Made by a program: the position numbers and the translations under genes. The notes below the pieces were generated by a model. It worked only from the letters and a program-made list of their open reading frames with translations. It ran no database searches and was not told where the DNA came from. DNA of 36,300 nt from a virus (Duplodnaviria; Caudoviricetes): positions 1 to 36,300 of IMG/VR virus record IMGVR_UViG_3300037467_002472, one strand, 5' to 3'. How positions within the stretch are numbered: the stretch's first letter is position 1; each line of letters starts with the position of its first letter. Of the stretch, positions 18,407 through 27,105 are shown piece by piece.

Positions 18407-18727
18407 CTAGACCTTCGGTCCCTGATACTTCCAGCCGTGCGCGGCGAGATAGTCGGGCGAGAAACCCATGCGGATGCCGGTGCCGAGCACCGGCACCCAG
18501 GTCCCGGAACGCGCCCACCAGGTCAGGACGACACCGTCGCCGCCCTGCGGCGGGATCAAGACGTGCCGGCTCATGTCGGCGGCCGCGGCCGGCGGCTTCG
18601 CAACCTGCGGCGGATGCACTGGCGTCGCCGGCATCGCTGGTGCACCGACATGATGGTAGCCGCGCCCATGCAGGAAGGCATGGCAGCAGGGATCGGCCAG
18701 GGCGGCCTCGCGATGAACTGCGATCAT
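18407..18727 (-). CDS. Hypothetical protein
   Basis: Fills the gap with coupled start/stop; C-terminal MGFSPDYLAAHGWKY. Confidence 0.6.
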   Translation of the reverse strand: MIAVHREAALADPCCHAFLHGRGYHHVGAPAMPATPVHPPQVAKPPAAAADMSRHVLIPPQGGDGVVLTWWARSGTWVPVLGTGIRMGFSPDYLAAHGWKYQGPKV

Positions 18728-19224
18728 CTCTCCACCCAGACCTTGATGGACGCCTCATAGAGGCCGGTATCGATGAATGAGGGCCGACGCGGATTGCTCT
18801 CGGCGTAGGGATGCGCGAGGCGGTGGTTCACACCCGCCAAGGCGGCCTTCGTCGGGACCGGCCTATCCGGACCACCGCTGATCCCGATCGTTTCGGCCTC
18901 TCGCGAGGAGAGGAAGTGCTTGTACCAGGTCTCGATCTCTTCAGCGGCCGCCACGAAGACATCGCGATTCGGGAGCCGGCCGTTCAGTACGTTGTCGAGA
19001 TCGCCCAGCACAGCCTCAGTCAGCGCGTCGACGATCTTTTCTTTGTGCACCTCGAAGAAGGACTCCATGAGGTGGTATTCGTCTTCGAGATACTGAGCGA
19101 CCTCGCCGGTGGTGATGCTGAGCATCACCTTCTTGCCCTTCTTCCGGGGCTTGCCCTTCTTGGTCAGCTGCTGCTGGTCGTAGGTGTAGGGGATATCGAG
19201 CACACCGAAAATGAGCTGGGTCAC
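18724..19224 (-). CDS. Neck/virion morphogenesis protein
   Basis: FGVLDIPY, VAQYLEDEYHLM, VPTKAAL.GVNHR, RRPSFIDTGLY. Confidence 0.65.
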   Translation of the reverse strand: MTQLIFGVLDIPYTYDQQQLTKKGKPRKKGKKVMLSITTGEVAQYLEDEYHLMESFFEVHKEKIVDALTEAVLGDLDNVLNGRLPNRDVFVAAAEEIETWYKHFLSSREAETIGISGGPDRPVPTKAALAGVNHRLAHPYAESNPRRPSFIDTGLYEASIKVWVER

Positions 19225-19739
19225 CCGCAGCCCCTGCTAAGCCCCCAGATTGTCGGCCCGTAGGACTGCGCGATGCCGAGATATTGCCGACCATAAGGCG
19301 TCTGCAGGTTGGACAACTGATTGACCGTCAGGTTCTTCGCCCACTGCGGGACCTCGAAGCTGGCCGAGGTGCCGTTGTCGCTCGACGACGTGATCGCGCC
19401 ACTCACGAAGCCATTGAGGTTGAACTGCTTCCGCGCCCACTGGAAATAGGGCATCGGCGGCTTCGAGCCTTTGACATTCGCTGCGCCGGGCTGGTCCTGC
19501 GCGAAGTTGATGAGGCGATCACCGGCCAGGTTGTAGACCGCCAACGCATAGATCGTGACGTCATCCGAAGATCCCGGCGGGCAACCCGGCACGCAGCGCA
19601 GCGCCGGGTTCACGAACATCAAAGCGACGTTATAGGAGAAGTTGATGACGGGACTGTTGTCCGGCAGGACGTCAGCGGTGATGCCCATGACGCCCCGGAT
19701 GAACGGGTCGAGATAGTATCCGACGTTGGGCTGTGTCAC
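19221..19739 (-). CDS. Head-tail adaptor (DUF4054-like)
   Basis: IYALAVYNLA, GAITSSSDNGTS, LQTPYGRQYL. Confidence 0.72.
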   Translation of the reverse strand: MTQPNVGYYLDPFIRGVMGITADVLPDNSPVINFSYNVALMFVNPALRCVPGCPPGSSDDVTIYALAVYNLAGDRLINFAQDQPGAANVKGSKPPMPYFQWARKQFNLNGFVSGAITSSSDNGTSASFEVPQWAKNLTVNQLSNLQTPYGRQYLGIAQSYGPTIWGLSRGCG

Positions 19740-19969
19740 GGCCGGACCGTCTGGATGGTGCGGCCCTGAGCGTTCTCGACATAGGCGACCGAGTAGTCGG
19801 ACTCCGCCGTGACGTCGTTCAGCTTCCTGATACCGACGGCCTCGATGCTGCCGTCAGCTTTCATCATGTCGACCTTCGACATTCCGTCAACCCGGTCCGC
19901 GATGACCTCGGCACACTCGACACTGCGGGTGCGTCCGGTCTTCTCGTTGATGAGCTTGACGGTCAGCAC
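19736..19969 (-). CDS. Hypothetical protein
   Basis: Coupled ORF; AYVENAQGRTIQ. Confidence 0.65.
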   Translation of the reverse strand: MLTVKLINEKTGRTRSVECAEVIADRVDGMSKVDMMKADGSIEAVGIRKLNDVTAESDYSVAYVENAQGRTIQTVRP

Positions 19970-19975
19970 GGCTGC

Positions 19976-20512
19976 TCAGCGCTTCTTCGGGCCGCGCCGG
20001 CCGTCGGCGGCGGTCGTCACCTTGACCCCTTCCTCGATGCGGCTCTCGCCGAGGTCGGTCTGGTTGAGCTGCTCGAACTCCACCGTCGTGAATTCCGGCT
20101 GTGCGATGCTGGCGGCATCGAGCACGGCCTTGTTCACACCGACCGCCGCGGCCTGGCGCCGTTCGGAGCCCTGCTTCTCGTGGATGCCGTTGTTGATCAG
20201 CCGCTGCCGGTTGATCGCATCGGCCGGGATCGGGGTGTCCTCGCGGTAGATGTATGGCACGGTGAACGGTGTGGTCTTGCTGACGGCGTCGTGCCGCTTC
20301 ATCCCGTTCTTTTCGAGCTGGTCGATAATCGAAATGATCTGCGCCTTGTGGAGGTCGCCGCCCAGCTGGATCTGGCGACCGGGCAGGATTTCCTCCTGCT
20401 TGTGGCCGCGGAACTTGTCCTCGGCGTCGAGGTTGCCGTGCTTGTCGAAGTCCAGTCGGTAGCAAACGATCTGCTTCTGCAGGGTGCAGTTACCGACGTA
20501 GAGGTAGGCCAT
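19976..20512 (-). CDS. Hypothetical protein following major capsid
   Basis: AAGGAG RBS; LYVGNCTLQKQ; phage-like codon use. Confidence 0.7.
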   Translation of the reverse strand: MAYLYVGNCTLQKQIVCYRLDFDKHGNLDAEDKFRGHKQEEILPGRQIQLGGDLHKAQIISIIDQLEKNGMKRHDAVSKTTPFTVPYIYREDTPIPADAINRQRLINNGIHEKQGSERRQAAAVGVNKAVLDAASIAQPEFTTVEFEQLNQTDLGESRIEEGVKVTTAADGRRGPKKR

Positions 20513-20538
20513 GTCGTTCTTCTCCTTCTGCTGGTGAG

Positions 20539-20560
20539 GGGGCGGCCCGAAGACCGCCCC
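20539..20560 (-). other. C(UUCG)G stem-loop after major capsid gene (stability/attenuation element, no U-tract)
   Basis: GGGGCGGTC-TTCG-GGCCGCCCC on minus strand. Confidence 0.6.
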
Positions 20561-20573
20561 GGATGATGCAGGC

Positions 20574-21590
20574 CTAGTAGGCCATCGAGATCAGCATCAG
20601 CGCCTGATAGCGCGGCGCCCAGCCACTGGAGATGCGCCACTCCATCATGAAGTGCGTCATGCCCATCGCCATCGGCGAGATGATCTCGGTCGGTGCGGCC
20701 TTGTCGCAGTACTGGGTCGTGCAGGCCGCCCAGTTCGGCGCGCCACCGCCCCAGAGGTTGGTGTTCAGGGTGCCGGCCTTCGGCACGGCCACCTCGGGCA
20801 TCGCCAGCATGACGAGATCGTTGCCGCCGTTGCCCTTGCCGATCAGGGTGTCGTCGTAGACCCAGATCAGATCGTCCCCGTTGTCCATCAAGATCTCCTT
20901 GACGGTGCCACGGGTCGAGGCCGTGCCGGCGCCCTCGCGCTGGAACTGGGTGACCTGGACGACATTGTACTCGAAGAGACCGAGGATGCGCTGCGGGCCG
21001 AGGATGGTGAAACTGCGCCCGATGCCGAGCTGCATCGTGGCGGTCTTCAGCGCCAGGATCTGCTGCGACAGGAAGAAGGCCATCTGGCCGTTGTCGTAGG
21101 TCCGGGCGGTATCGTTGCCGAAGCTGTCCGCCGGCAGGTTGATGGCGGTGGCACCCGGCGCGTTGACCAGACCCTCACCGTTCTCGGGATGGAAGCCGTA
21201 GAGACAGGCGTCACGGGCGAGCTGGTAGTTCCCCTGCCACATGCCGTTGCGGTACTCCTCGACCACGGAGTAGCCCCAGCGGCCGCCGGCCTGCACGTCG
21301 TGGTGATCGTACTGGTTGCCGACGCGCAGGAGATAGGTCGGGGTCGAGATCATCGACGCCAGGATGTCCACCGAGGGCAGCTCATTGTATGAGCTCTGGC
21401 CCGAGGCGACCTTGGTGCGGAGGTTGAGCTGCTTGGCGTAGACCAGGAGCGAGTCGCTCTCCAGCCGGGTGCGGAGCTGTCCGTCGGACAGCAGTTCGAT
21501 GAACCCCGAGGCCTGGACCTGCTGGCGCAGAAACTCGGGCTCGATGTAGGACGGGTTCAGCGTCACGAAGGACGAGGCCTGAATGCTCAT
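20574..21590 (-). CDS. Major capsid protein (DUF2184/encapsulin-like HK97 fold)
   Basis: 338 aa after protease and decoration genes; ISTPTYLLRV, CLYG..GEGLVN, YDNGQMAFF, WRISSGWAPR. Confidence 0.85.
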   Translation of the reverse strand: MSIQASSFVTLNPSYIEPEFLRQQVQASGFIELLSDGQLRTRLESDSLLVYAKQLNLRTKVASGQSSYNELPSVDILASMISTPTYLLRVGNQYDHHDVQAGGRWGYSVVEEYRNGMWQGNYQLARDACLYGFHPENGEGLVNAPGATAINLPADSFGNDTARTYDNGQMAFFLSQQILALKTATMQLGIGRSFTILGPQRILGLFEYNVVQVTQFQREGAGTASTRGTVKEILMDNGDDLIWVYDDTLIGKGNGGNDLVMLAMPEVAVPKAGTLNTNLWGGGAPNWAACTTQYCDKAAPTEIISPMAMGMTHFMMEWRISSGWAPRYQALMLISMAY

Positions 21591-21637
21591 CTATGGGTTT
21601 CCTTGATTGGGAGAGAGGGGGGATCGGCCGCGGTTAG

Positions 21638-22513
21638 CTACAGCTGGATGACCGCGGCGGCGTCGTTGAAATTCCACGTCGCGAAGCCGGTGACCGGATC
21701 GTAGTTCACGGTCTCGCAATTGGTCTGGATCACCTCGAGCACCTTGACGGGCAGCGCGACGCTGGCGCCGGAGCCGAGGGTCAGGCTGCCGCCGGTGATC
21801 GTCGCCGCACCGAGGCTGGCGCCGGCGTTGTAGGTGACCGTGGTGCCCGAGGCGCTGAGCGCGGTGAACGTGCCATTGAGGCTGGCGAAGGCGCCGGTGC
21901 CCGTCAGGCTGCTGACCACGATGGCATCGCCGGCGCTGAAGCCGACCGCAGCGCTCATCGTCAGCGTGACCACACCCGTGGTGCTGTTGTAGGTGCCGCT
22001 GGAGATCGTCAGCGTGCCGATGTAGGGGACCAGGAGCTGGTTGACGAAGTCCCACGACACGTTGGCGCCGATCGGGCCGCCGCGCAGGCTTACCAGGTTC
22101 TGGTCGGCCTTGACCCAGATGCGGGCGTTGGAGCCCAACGCATAGGAGTTGACCTGACCGCCGGGATAGTTGAGCGGAACCGGCGACTGCGGGGTCGTGA
22201 CCCCGGCGAAGTTCTGGCTGAACACGCTGAAGCCCGCCAGCGCCTTGGAGCCCGTGAGACCGTTCGCACGGCCGACGGTGACGCCCAGGGTAGCACTGGG
22301 CTGGGCGACGCCACCAAGCGGGACGTCCTCGTAGATCGCGACGCCGCCCCACATCGGGAGCGTTTCCGTTGCCGCAAGGATGCCACCACGCAGACGGTAG
22401 ACCGAGGACGGATCGGCATAGGCGGTGCCCTGCCGGCCGCCCACAGAGGTGGCGCTGAAAAGGCCGGCGTTGCCGACCGTGGTGACGAAGGGATTGAAGC
22501 CGACAGTCGACAT
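21638..22513 (-). CDS. Capsid decoration/cement protein with inserted beta-module
   Basis: ETLPMWGGVAIYE, PQSPVPL, LGSNARIWV, VSWDFVNQLL; between scaffold and capsid. Confidence 0.72.
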   Translation of the reverse strand: MSTVGFNPFVTTVGNAGLFSATSVGGRQGTAYADPSSVYRLRGGILAATETLPMWGGVAIYEDVPLGGVAQPSATLGVTVGRANGLTGSKALAGFSVFSQNFAGVTTPQSPVPLNYPGGQVNSYALGSNARIWVKADQNLVSLRGGPIGANVSWDFVNQLLVPYIGTLTISSGTYNSTTGVVTLTMSAAVGFSAGDAIVVSSLTGTGAFASLNGTFTALSASGTTVTYNAGASLGAATITGGSLTLGSGASVALPVKVLEVIQTNCETVNYDPVTGFATWNFNDAAAVIQL

Positions 22514-22590
22514 TCGTTGGGTCTCCTATGACCTAAGAGGGGAATGCGGCCGACATCTGCCGGCCGCGCTTGTTCTGTTGCTACTAGGAA

Positions 22591-24615
22591 TCAGGCGCCG
22601 CGGCGGGCGCCGGGGCGCGCATCCTTGAAGTTGCCGACGGCGCGCTTGCCGACCGGACCGGCCAGATTGCGCATCCATGCCGCGGGCTCGCCGTACCACT
22701 CGTTGTAGGTGTGGCCGCCGTCCTGCCGCGACCGCATCATGATCTGACCCGCCGGGATGTCCTTCGGATTGGCCGCGGCTTCCTTGGCAGCGGCGAGGAT
22801 CTGCTCCTCGGCCATGTCGAGATAGGCGTCGTTGACCGCCATAAGGCCGATGTCCATGTCCTTCCACACCGGCGAGTGCTTCTGCAGCGCGCGGAGGTTG
22901 AACAGCCGGTACTCGTGCAGGGACTCGCCCAACAAGGGCGCGCGGGCATTGTTGCCGAAGCCCTGGTGCACGGAGTCGAAGCGGTGCTGAGCCTGCAGCA
23001 GCTTGGAGCGATCGGCGTCGGCCGGGCCGGCGATGGCGCCCTTGATCTGCGCCTCGAGCTTGGCCATGCCGTCGCGCAGCTCGGCGATGGTCTGGGCGTC
23101 CTTGCGGGAATCGTCCTTCATCTTGTCCTCGTCGGCCTTCTTTTTGGCCGCCTCCTCTTCCGCCTTGTCGATGTCCTCGGCGTCCTTTCGGCGGCGCTTC
23201 GCGGAGTCCTTGGCGACGTCTTCCTCGTCGCCGGCCTCCATCATGGCGTCGCACAGTGCCTTCTCCTCGGCGTCGTGCTTGGCCTTGTGGTCGTCGTCGC
23301 TCTCGGCGGCGTCCTTCTTGGAGAACTTGAAGGCGTCGGCGCGGCGCTTGGCGTCGGCCTTCTTCTTGTCGGCCTCCTCCGCGGCGTCCTTCTTTTCCTT
23401 CTCCTCCATGGAGTCGACGCGGGCCTTGAGATCGCCGACGATCTTGGTCACGCCCTGGATGCCTTCGAGCAGCTGATTGAGCTTCTCGTCCCCGGCGCTG
23501 TCCTTGCGCGCCAGCAGCAGCGCCTCGGCCTCGTCGCAGCGGGCCTTGTAGCCGGCATCGGTCTCGCCATCGATACGCTTCAGGTTCACCTTCATGTCGT
23601 CGTCTCCGTCAAATCTGGTGTGGATGTTGTCTACGCCGTTTGGTTCGCCGCCCTTGTCCCAGACGCCGTGAGGGCACACGGCCAGGTGGTCGAGCAAATC
23701 GGGCTTGCCCTCCACGATCACCCTCGTTCCGCCTTCAAGGGTGAGCAGCTGCACGTCCTTGCCGAGCAGGACGCCCGGACTGGTGGACAGGTTCATCTCC
23801 TTGAGGGCTGCTGCTCCTGCCGCGTCGTAGACACGGGCGATTCCCCAAGGTTCGAGCCGGCCGTCATCATCGGGCCGGAGATACGTGATCATCAGCGCGC
23901 CGATGACACGTTCGGCGAATTGCTTGCTGTCGAGAATGGCCTCGTCCGGATGCATGACGATGACCGGGAGGCCCTGTGCCCGCGTCAGGAATTCGGGACT
24001 GGTGTAGTAGTCCGGCTTCCGGAACACGACCTCGGGCGGTTGCACGATCTTGCCGTCGGCGTCGCGCTTGGCGCCGCGGAAGGCTGTCCCCACACCGCTG
24101 ATGCGCAGCGCGAAGAGATGGATGTTGCCGTATTCCTGCGGACTGACCAGCTCGCCGTCACGGATTGCCTCGGCGACCTGGAGCTCGTCGTCCATCGTGA
24201 AGCGACGCAGTGCTACCGCACAGCCGGGATGGAGCGGCTGCGGCGGATTGTTGATGTCGGCCCATGCATAGCCGGTGTGCTCGCCGGACTTCTCGATGTC
24301 GGGTTCGAACTCTTCCTCGTCCCGCACCAGGAAGGTGGTGAAGTCCACCATCTCGCCCTGTGGCGGCGTGACCTCCGGTGACGGAGCCTGCGGCCGCAGC
24401 GAGCGAGTCCAAAGCTTCAGCTGGCCCGGCTTGAACGCGCGGCCGGTCTCCTCCTCGGCCTCGCGGATCGCGGTTTGCTCGGCGGTCTCCTCACTGTCGC
24501 GGCGGCCACCGGGAAAACACCATGCCCCGGGAAAATCGCTCCCGGCGCCACGCTGAAGGAACAGCGCCTTGCCCTGCTTCGACAGGACAAGGATGCCGGC
24601 CGCGCGGATCGTCAC
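22591..24615 (-). CDS. Nudix hydrolase - DUF2213-like prohead protease/scaffold fusion
   Basis: N-terminal Nudix box GRRDSEETAEQTAIREAEEETG; central GLPVIVMHP, LSTSPGV, LLDHLAVCPHGVWDKGG; charged coiled-coil scaffold C-terminus. Confidence 0.85.
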   Translation of the reverse strand: MTIRAAGILVLSKQGKALFLQRGAGSDFPGAWCFPGGRRDSEETAEQTAIREAEEETGRAFKPGQLKLWTRSLRPQAPSPEVTPPQGEMVDFTTFLVRDEEEFEPDIEKSGEHTGYAWADINNPPQPLHPGCAVALRRFTMDDELQVAEAIRDGELVSPQEYGNIHLFALRISGVGTAFRGAKRDADGKIVQPPEVVFRKPDYYTSPEFLTRAQGLPVIVMHPDEAILDSKQFAERVIGALMITYLRPDDDGRLEPWGIARVYDAAGAAALKEMNLSTSPGVLLGKDVQLLTLEGGTRVIVEGKPDLLDHLAVCPHGVWDKGGEPNGVDNIHTRFDGDDDMKVNLKRIDGETDAGYKARCDEAEALLLARKDSAGDEKLNQLLEGIQGVTKIVGDLKARVDSMEEKEKKDAAEEADKKKADAKRRADAFKFSKKDAAESDDDHKAKHDAEEKALCDAMMEAGDEEDVAKDSAKRRRKDAEDIDKAEEEAAKKKADEDKMKDDSRKDAQTIAELRDGMAKLEAQIKGAIAGPADADRSKLLQAQHRFDSVHQGFGNNARAPLLGESLHEYRLFNLRALQKHSPVWKDMDIGLMAVNDAYLDMAEEQILAAAKEAAANPKDIPAGQIMMRSRQDGGHTYNEWYGEPAAWMRNLAGPVGKRAVGNFKDARPGARRGA

Positions 24616-24890
24616 TGCGGGGCGTCCTTTCGCTGCTCCATGGCGTCGACCTTCTGCGCGACCTCTCGCACGGCGCCGACGAGAGCATCCATCTCGGCGA
24701 CGGCGGTCTCCAGCGCGGGACCTTCCTTGCCGTCGTCGCGGGTGTCAGCGGCCATCAGGTTCTCCACTTCACTGTAGTCGCCGCGGGCGACGCGCTCGGC
24801 GATGGCCTCGGCCTGCTTCTGCTGGTGGCCCGATCGAACAAGCTCAGCGATGTTGCGGCCGATGTTCGACTTGCCTTTGAGGAGTGGCAT
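24612..24890 (-). CDS. Small head-module protein
   Basis: MPLLKGKS..NIAELVRSGHQQKQAEAIA motif, common in phage head modules. Confidence 0.7.
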   Translation of the reverse strand: MPLLKGKSNIGRNIAELVRSGHQQKQAEAIAERVARGDYSEVENLMAADTRDDGKEGPALETAVAEMDALVGAVREVAQKVDAMEQRKDAPQ

Positions 24891-25070
24891 TCAACAACTC
24901 CCCTTCGCCTTCACGGCCTTGAGATCGCGCAGCTTGTCGAGGACGCCCTGATGGGCAAGCACCGATCGCAGGCATTCCCCACCGCATGGGCAGGTCAGCC
25001 CGTCGATCTCTTCCTCGGTCGGTCGGAACCACAACCGCTCATGCTTGCGGCTGCGAAACTGCACGATCAT
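24891..25070 (-). CDS. Hypothetical 59-aa protein (CPC..C motif)
   Basis: Below ORF cutoff; MIVQFRSRKHERLWFRPTEEEIDGLTCPCGGECLRSVLAHQGVLDKLRDLKAVKAKGSC*; fills the gap and abuts next ATG. Confidence 0.6.
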   Translation of the reverse strand: MIVQFRSRKHERLWFRPTEEEIDGLTCPCGGECLRSVLAHQGVLDKLRDLKAVKAKGSC

Positions 25071-25074
25071 CGCG

Positions 25075-25320
25075 TCAGGACAGCGCCAGCATGTTGGTCG
25101 CGGTGGTCCCCGAAGTGTTCACCTGGGTCATCGCCACGTTGAAGATGCCGACGGGCACCGCCTTGAAGAGCACGGCGTTGTCCTGCCCGGCAGGGATGCC
25201 GGTGATATCGCCGGACACGCCGACATAGAGCGCGCGAGACGTGAACGCGGTGTCCAAGGTGACAACCGCCGCGCGGCCGAAGTTGCTCGCAGCCGAAGGC
25301 TGGAACGGAAGAGTTGCCAT
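25075..25320 (-). CDS. Head spike-base protein, RcGTA Rcc01079-like
   Basis: RALYVGVSGDI...FKAVPVG...GTTATNMLAL pattern; AGGAG RBS. Confidence 0.72.
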   Translation of the reverse strand: MATLPFQPSAASNFGRAAVVTLDTAFTSRALYVGVSGDITGIPAGQDNAVLFKAVPVGIFNVAMTQVNTSGTTATNMLALS

Positions 25321-25333
25321 GTTGTGAAGTCTC

Positions 25334-26179
25334 CTAGGCGAGGGCGGCGCGTTTCCGCGCTGCGTTCTCCAGGAATTCCTCGCCCTGCTTCGTGAGCATG
25401 TCGCGAGGGAGTTGTCTCAAGTTGTATTTCCAGGACCATGCACAGCGGCAGAAGGGCAATTCGGCCGGCTGCTCGACGTCGTCGGTGTAGCGAGCGCCCG
25501 TCGTCTTTACTAAGCCGTCCTTAATGATCCATGAATCTCGCACCAGGAACGGCCTGCGCAGACTCTCGACCTCGTAGGCTGCGTGCTGCACCCTGAAATC
25601 ATAATTTTGCTGATGCGCGTGGCTCCGCCACACTGCAGCAATTGCGTTGCCTTGCTGGGCCAGCGTTGCGTTTATCGAAGAGACTAACTTCGCCCCCTGA
25701 TCAATCAAAACTCGCCTTTCCTCGAAACGCAGCCCAGACAGCCCCTTCTTCAGCGTGTCCTTGGCTTCCCGCGCCTTGCTGTGATCGCTGCCACCGGCCG
25801 GCACGCTGCTCGCCCAGCCGGAGAACCGCTGCTGCATCTTCGAAACGACCGACTCCTTGTTTAGCCGGATCAGGTTGAGGCTCAACGCGATGCGCTTGTC
25901 GAGCTCGGGCCGGAGATGGGGCTTGATGCGCTCCAGCGTGAAGCGCGGCACGCCGGGATGGAACTTCAGGATCTTGGCCTGGTCGACCATCTGCTCGTAG
26001 AGCCGTACCAGCGCGCGATCCACCATGGTCTTCATGACGGCGTCCGGCGTGAACGAACGCCGCAACGCCTCGGCCAGCCGTCGCTCCCACTCCTTGACCT
26101 GCTCGATGCTCAGGAAGCCTCGGCGCTCGACGTCGTCCATGGCGGACTTCAGCACCTCGGCGAAGGTGGGGTCAGCCAT
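25334..26179 (-). CDS. Head morphogenesis protein (MuF/SPP1 gp7-like)
   Basis: RRVLIDQGAKL, AAVWRSH, YDFRVQH, QPAELPFCRC. Confidence 0.8.
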   Translation of the reverse strand: MADPTFAEVLKSAMDDVERRGFLSIEQVKEWERRLAEALRRSFTPDAVMKTMVDRALVRLYEQMVDQAKILKFHPGVPRFTLERIKPHLRPELDKRIALSLNLIRLNKESVVSKMQQRFSGWASSVPAGGSDHSKAREAKDTLKKGLSGLRFEERRVLIDQGAKLVSSINATLAQQGNAIAAVWRSHAHQQNYDFRVQHAAYEVESLRRPFLVRDSWIIKDGLVKTTGARYTDDVEQPAELPFCRCAWSWKYNLRQLPRDMLTKQGEEFLENAARKRAALA

Positions 26180-26393
26180 CGCCCGGCGGCGCGTCTTCCT
26201 TCGGGGCCAGCCGGAATTCCTTGAGGACTGCGCCCAAGGCTTCAGCCTTCTCGTTGGTCACCCAACTGGTGACCTTGATCGACGATTCGCGAGAGCCGAA
26301 CGCAAGCTCCACCCGCTGCGTCTTCGCAGGATCGATGCCGAGCGCCCCGCAGACCGCCAAATTGATCCGCCGAAAGTTCAGGGTGTCGCTCAT
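26172..26393 (-). CDS. Hypothetical protein
   Basis: Coupled ORF in head operon. Confidence 0.6.
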   Translation of the reverse strand: MSDTLNFRRINLAVCGALGIDPAKTQRVELAFGSRESSIKVTSWVTNEKAEALGAVLKEFRLAPKEDAPPGDG

Positions 26394-26701
26394 CCCGACA
26401 ACCGCCCGTCCGCGGTCACCTTCAGCTTGCCCGCCGCGATCTTCGCTGCCCGGCGCTGCGCCGCATTCAGCTTGGTCGACCGTGACGGCTTCCGAGCGCT
26501 GAGCCGCAGCGGGTCCAGTGGGAACTGTGCGAGCATCAATGCTTGCGCCTGGCGCGCCCCGGACAGGGCCTCGACGCGCGGTGCGCGCGGCAGATCACCG
26601 ACCTGAAGGACTACCCCATACGGCGGGTTCATGATCTTGTCGGGGTCGTAGCGAAGCGGCGTGTCGGGGTCCGAGCCCGGCACGCTGAAGATTTCGGCCA
26701 T
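26390..26701 (-). CDS. Hypothetical protein (basic C-terminus)
   Basis: GGAG RBS; coupled to next gene. Confidence 0.6.
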   Translation of the reverse strand: MAEIFSVPGSDPDTPLRYDPDKIMNPPYGVVLQVGDLPRAPRVEALSGARQAQALMLAQFPLDPLRLSARKPSRSTKLNAAQRRAAKIAAGKLKVTADGRLSG

Positions 26702-26713
26702 GTGCTTCTTCTC

Positions 26714-26941
26714 CTAGCCCTTCGCCGCGTCCCGCATCCGGCGGTAAGCCGCGGCGTGATGCTCGAGGAACGATTCGGCACAGGCCAGCACCTTGGCCCG
26801 GCAGGTCTCGATCAAGATGTCGTCGTTCGCCATGCACGCGACCTCGAATTCCGTCAGCGCCTCGCAGTACGCCACTTGGGCGCTCCGGGCCTGCTTCAGG
26901 CTCTCGTGCACGTCGGCGGTGATGTCTTCGGCGGTGCTCAC
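26714..26941 (-). CDS. Hypothetical helical protein
   Basis: GTG start at 26941 overlapping upstream TGA preferred to the track start at 26983. Confidence 0.6.
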   Translation of the reverse strand: MSTAEDITADVHESLKQARSAQVAYCEALTEFEVACMANDDILIETCRAKVLACAESFLEHHAAAYRRMRDAAKG

Positions 26942-27105
26942 GTCCAGCTTTCCAAGCCAGATCGAGCCCGCACGCTCAACCATTGCCAGACATCGGACCA
27001 GATTTCGCGTCGTTGATGGTGACCGGCATAGAATCTCTGGCGAGCTTCACGTCGGTCCCAGCGATAATCGGGGCTGAAGACTATCCGCTCGCGCAAAACC
27101 ATCAT
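26938..27105 (-). CDS. Hypothetical 55-aa Trp/Arg-rich protein
   Basis: Below cutoff; MMVLRERIVFSPDYRWDRREARQRFYAGHHQRREIWSDVWQWLSVRARSGLESWT*; overlaps portal stop and next start. Confidence 0.5.
   Translation of the reverse strand: MMVLRERIVFSPDYRWDRREARQRFYAGHHQRREIWSDVWQWLSVRARSGLESWT

Noticed and set aside
22536-22567. GCGGCCG/CGGCCGC stem between scaffold and decoration genes as a terminator
   Set aside because: No U-tract on the coding strand; at most a stability hairpin
4188-24381. Long plus-strand ORFs (e.g. 4188-5579, 5583-7004, 15044-16339, 17423-18760, 22711-24381)
   Set aside because: Antisense shadows of GC-rich minus-strand genes; no motifs, composition typical of non-coding frames
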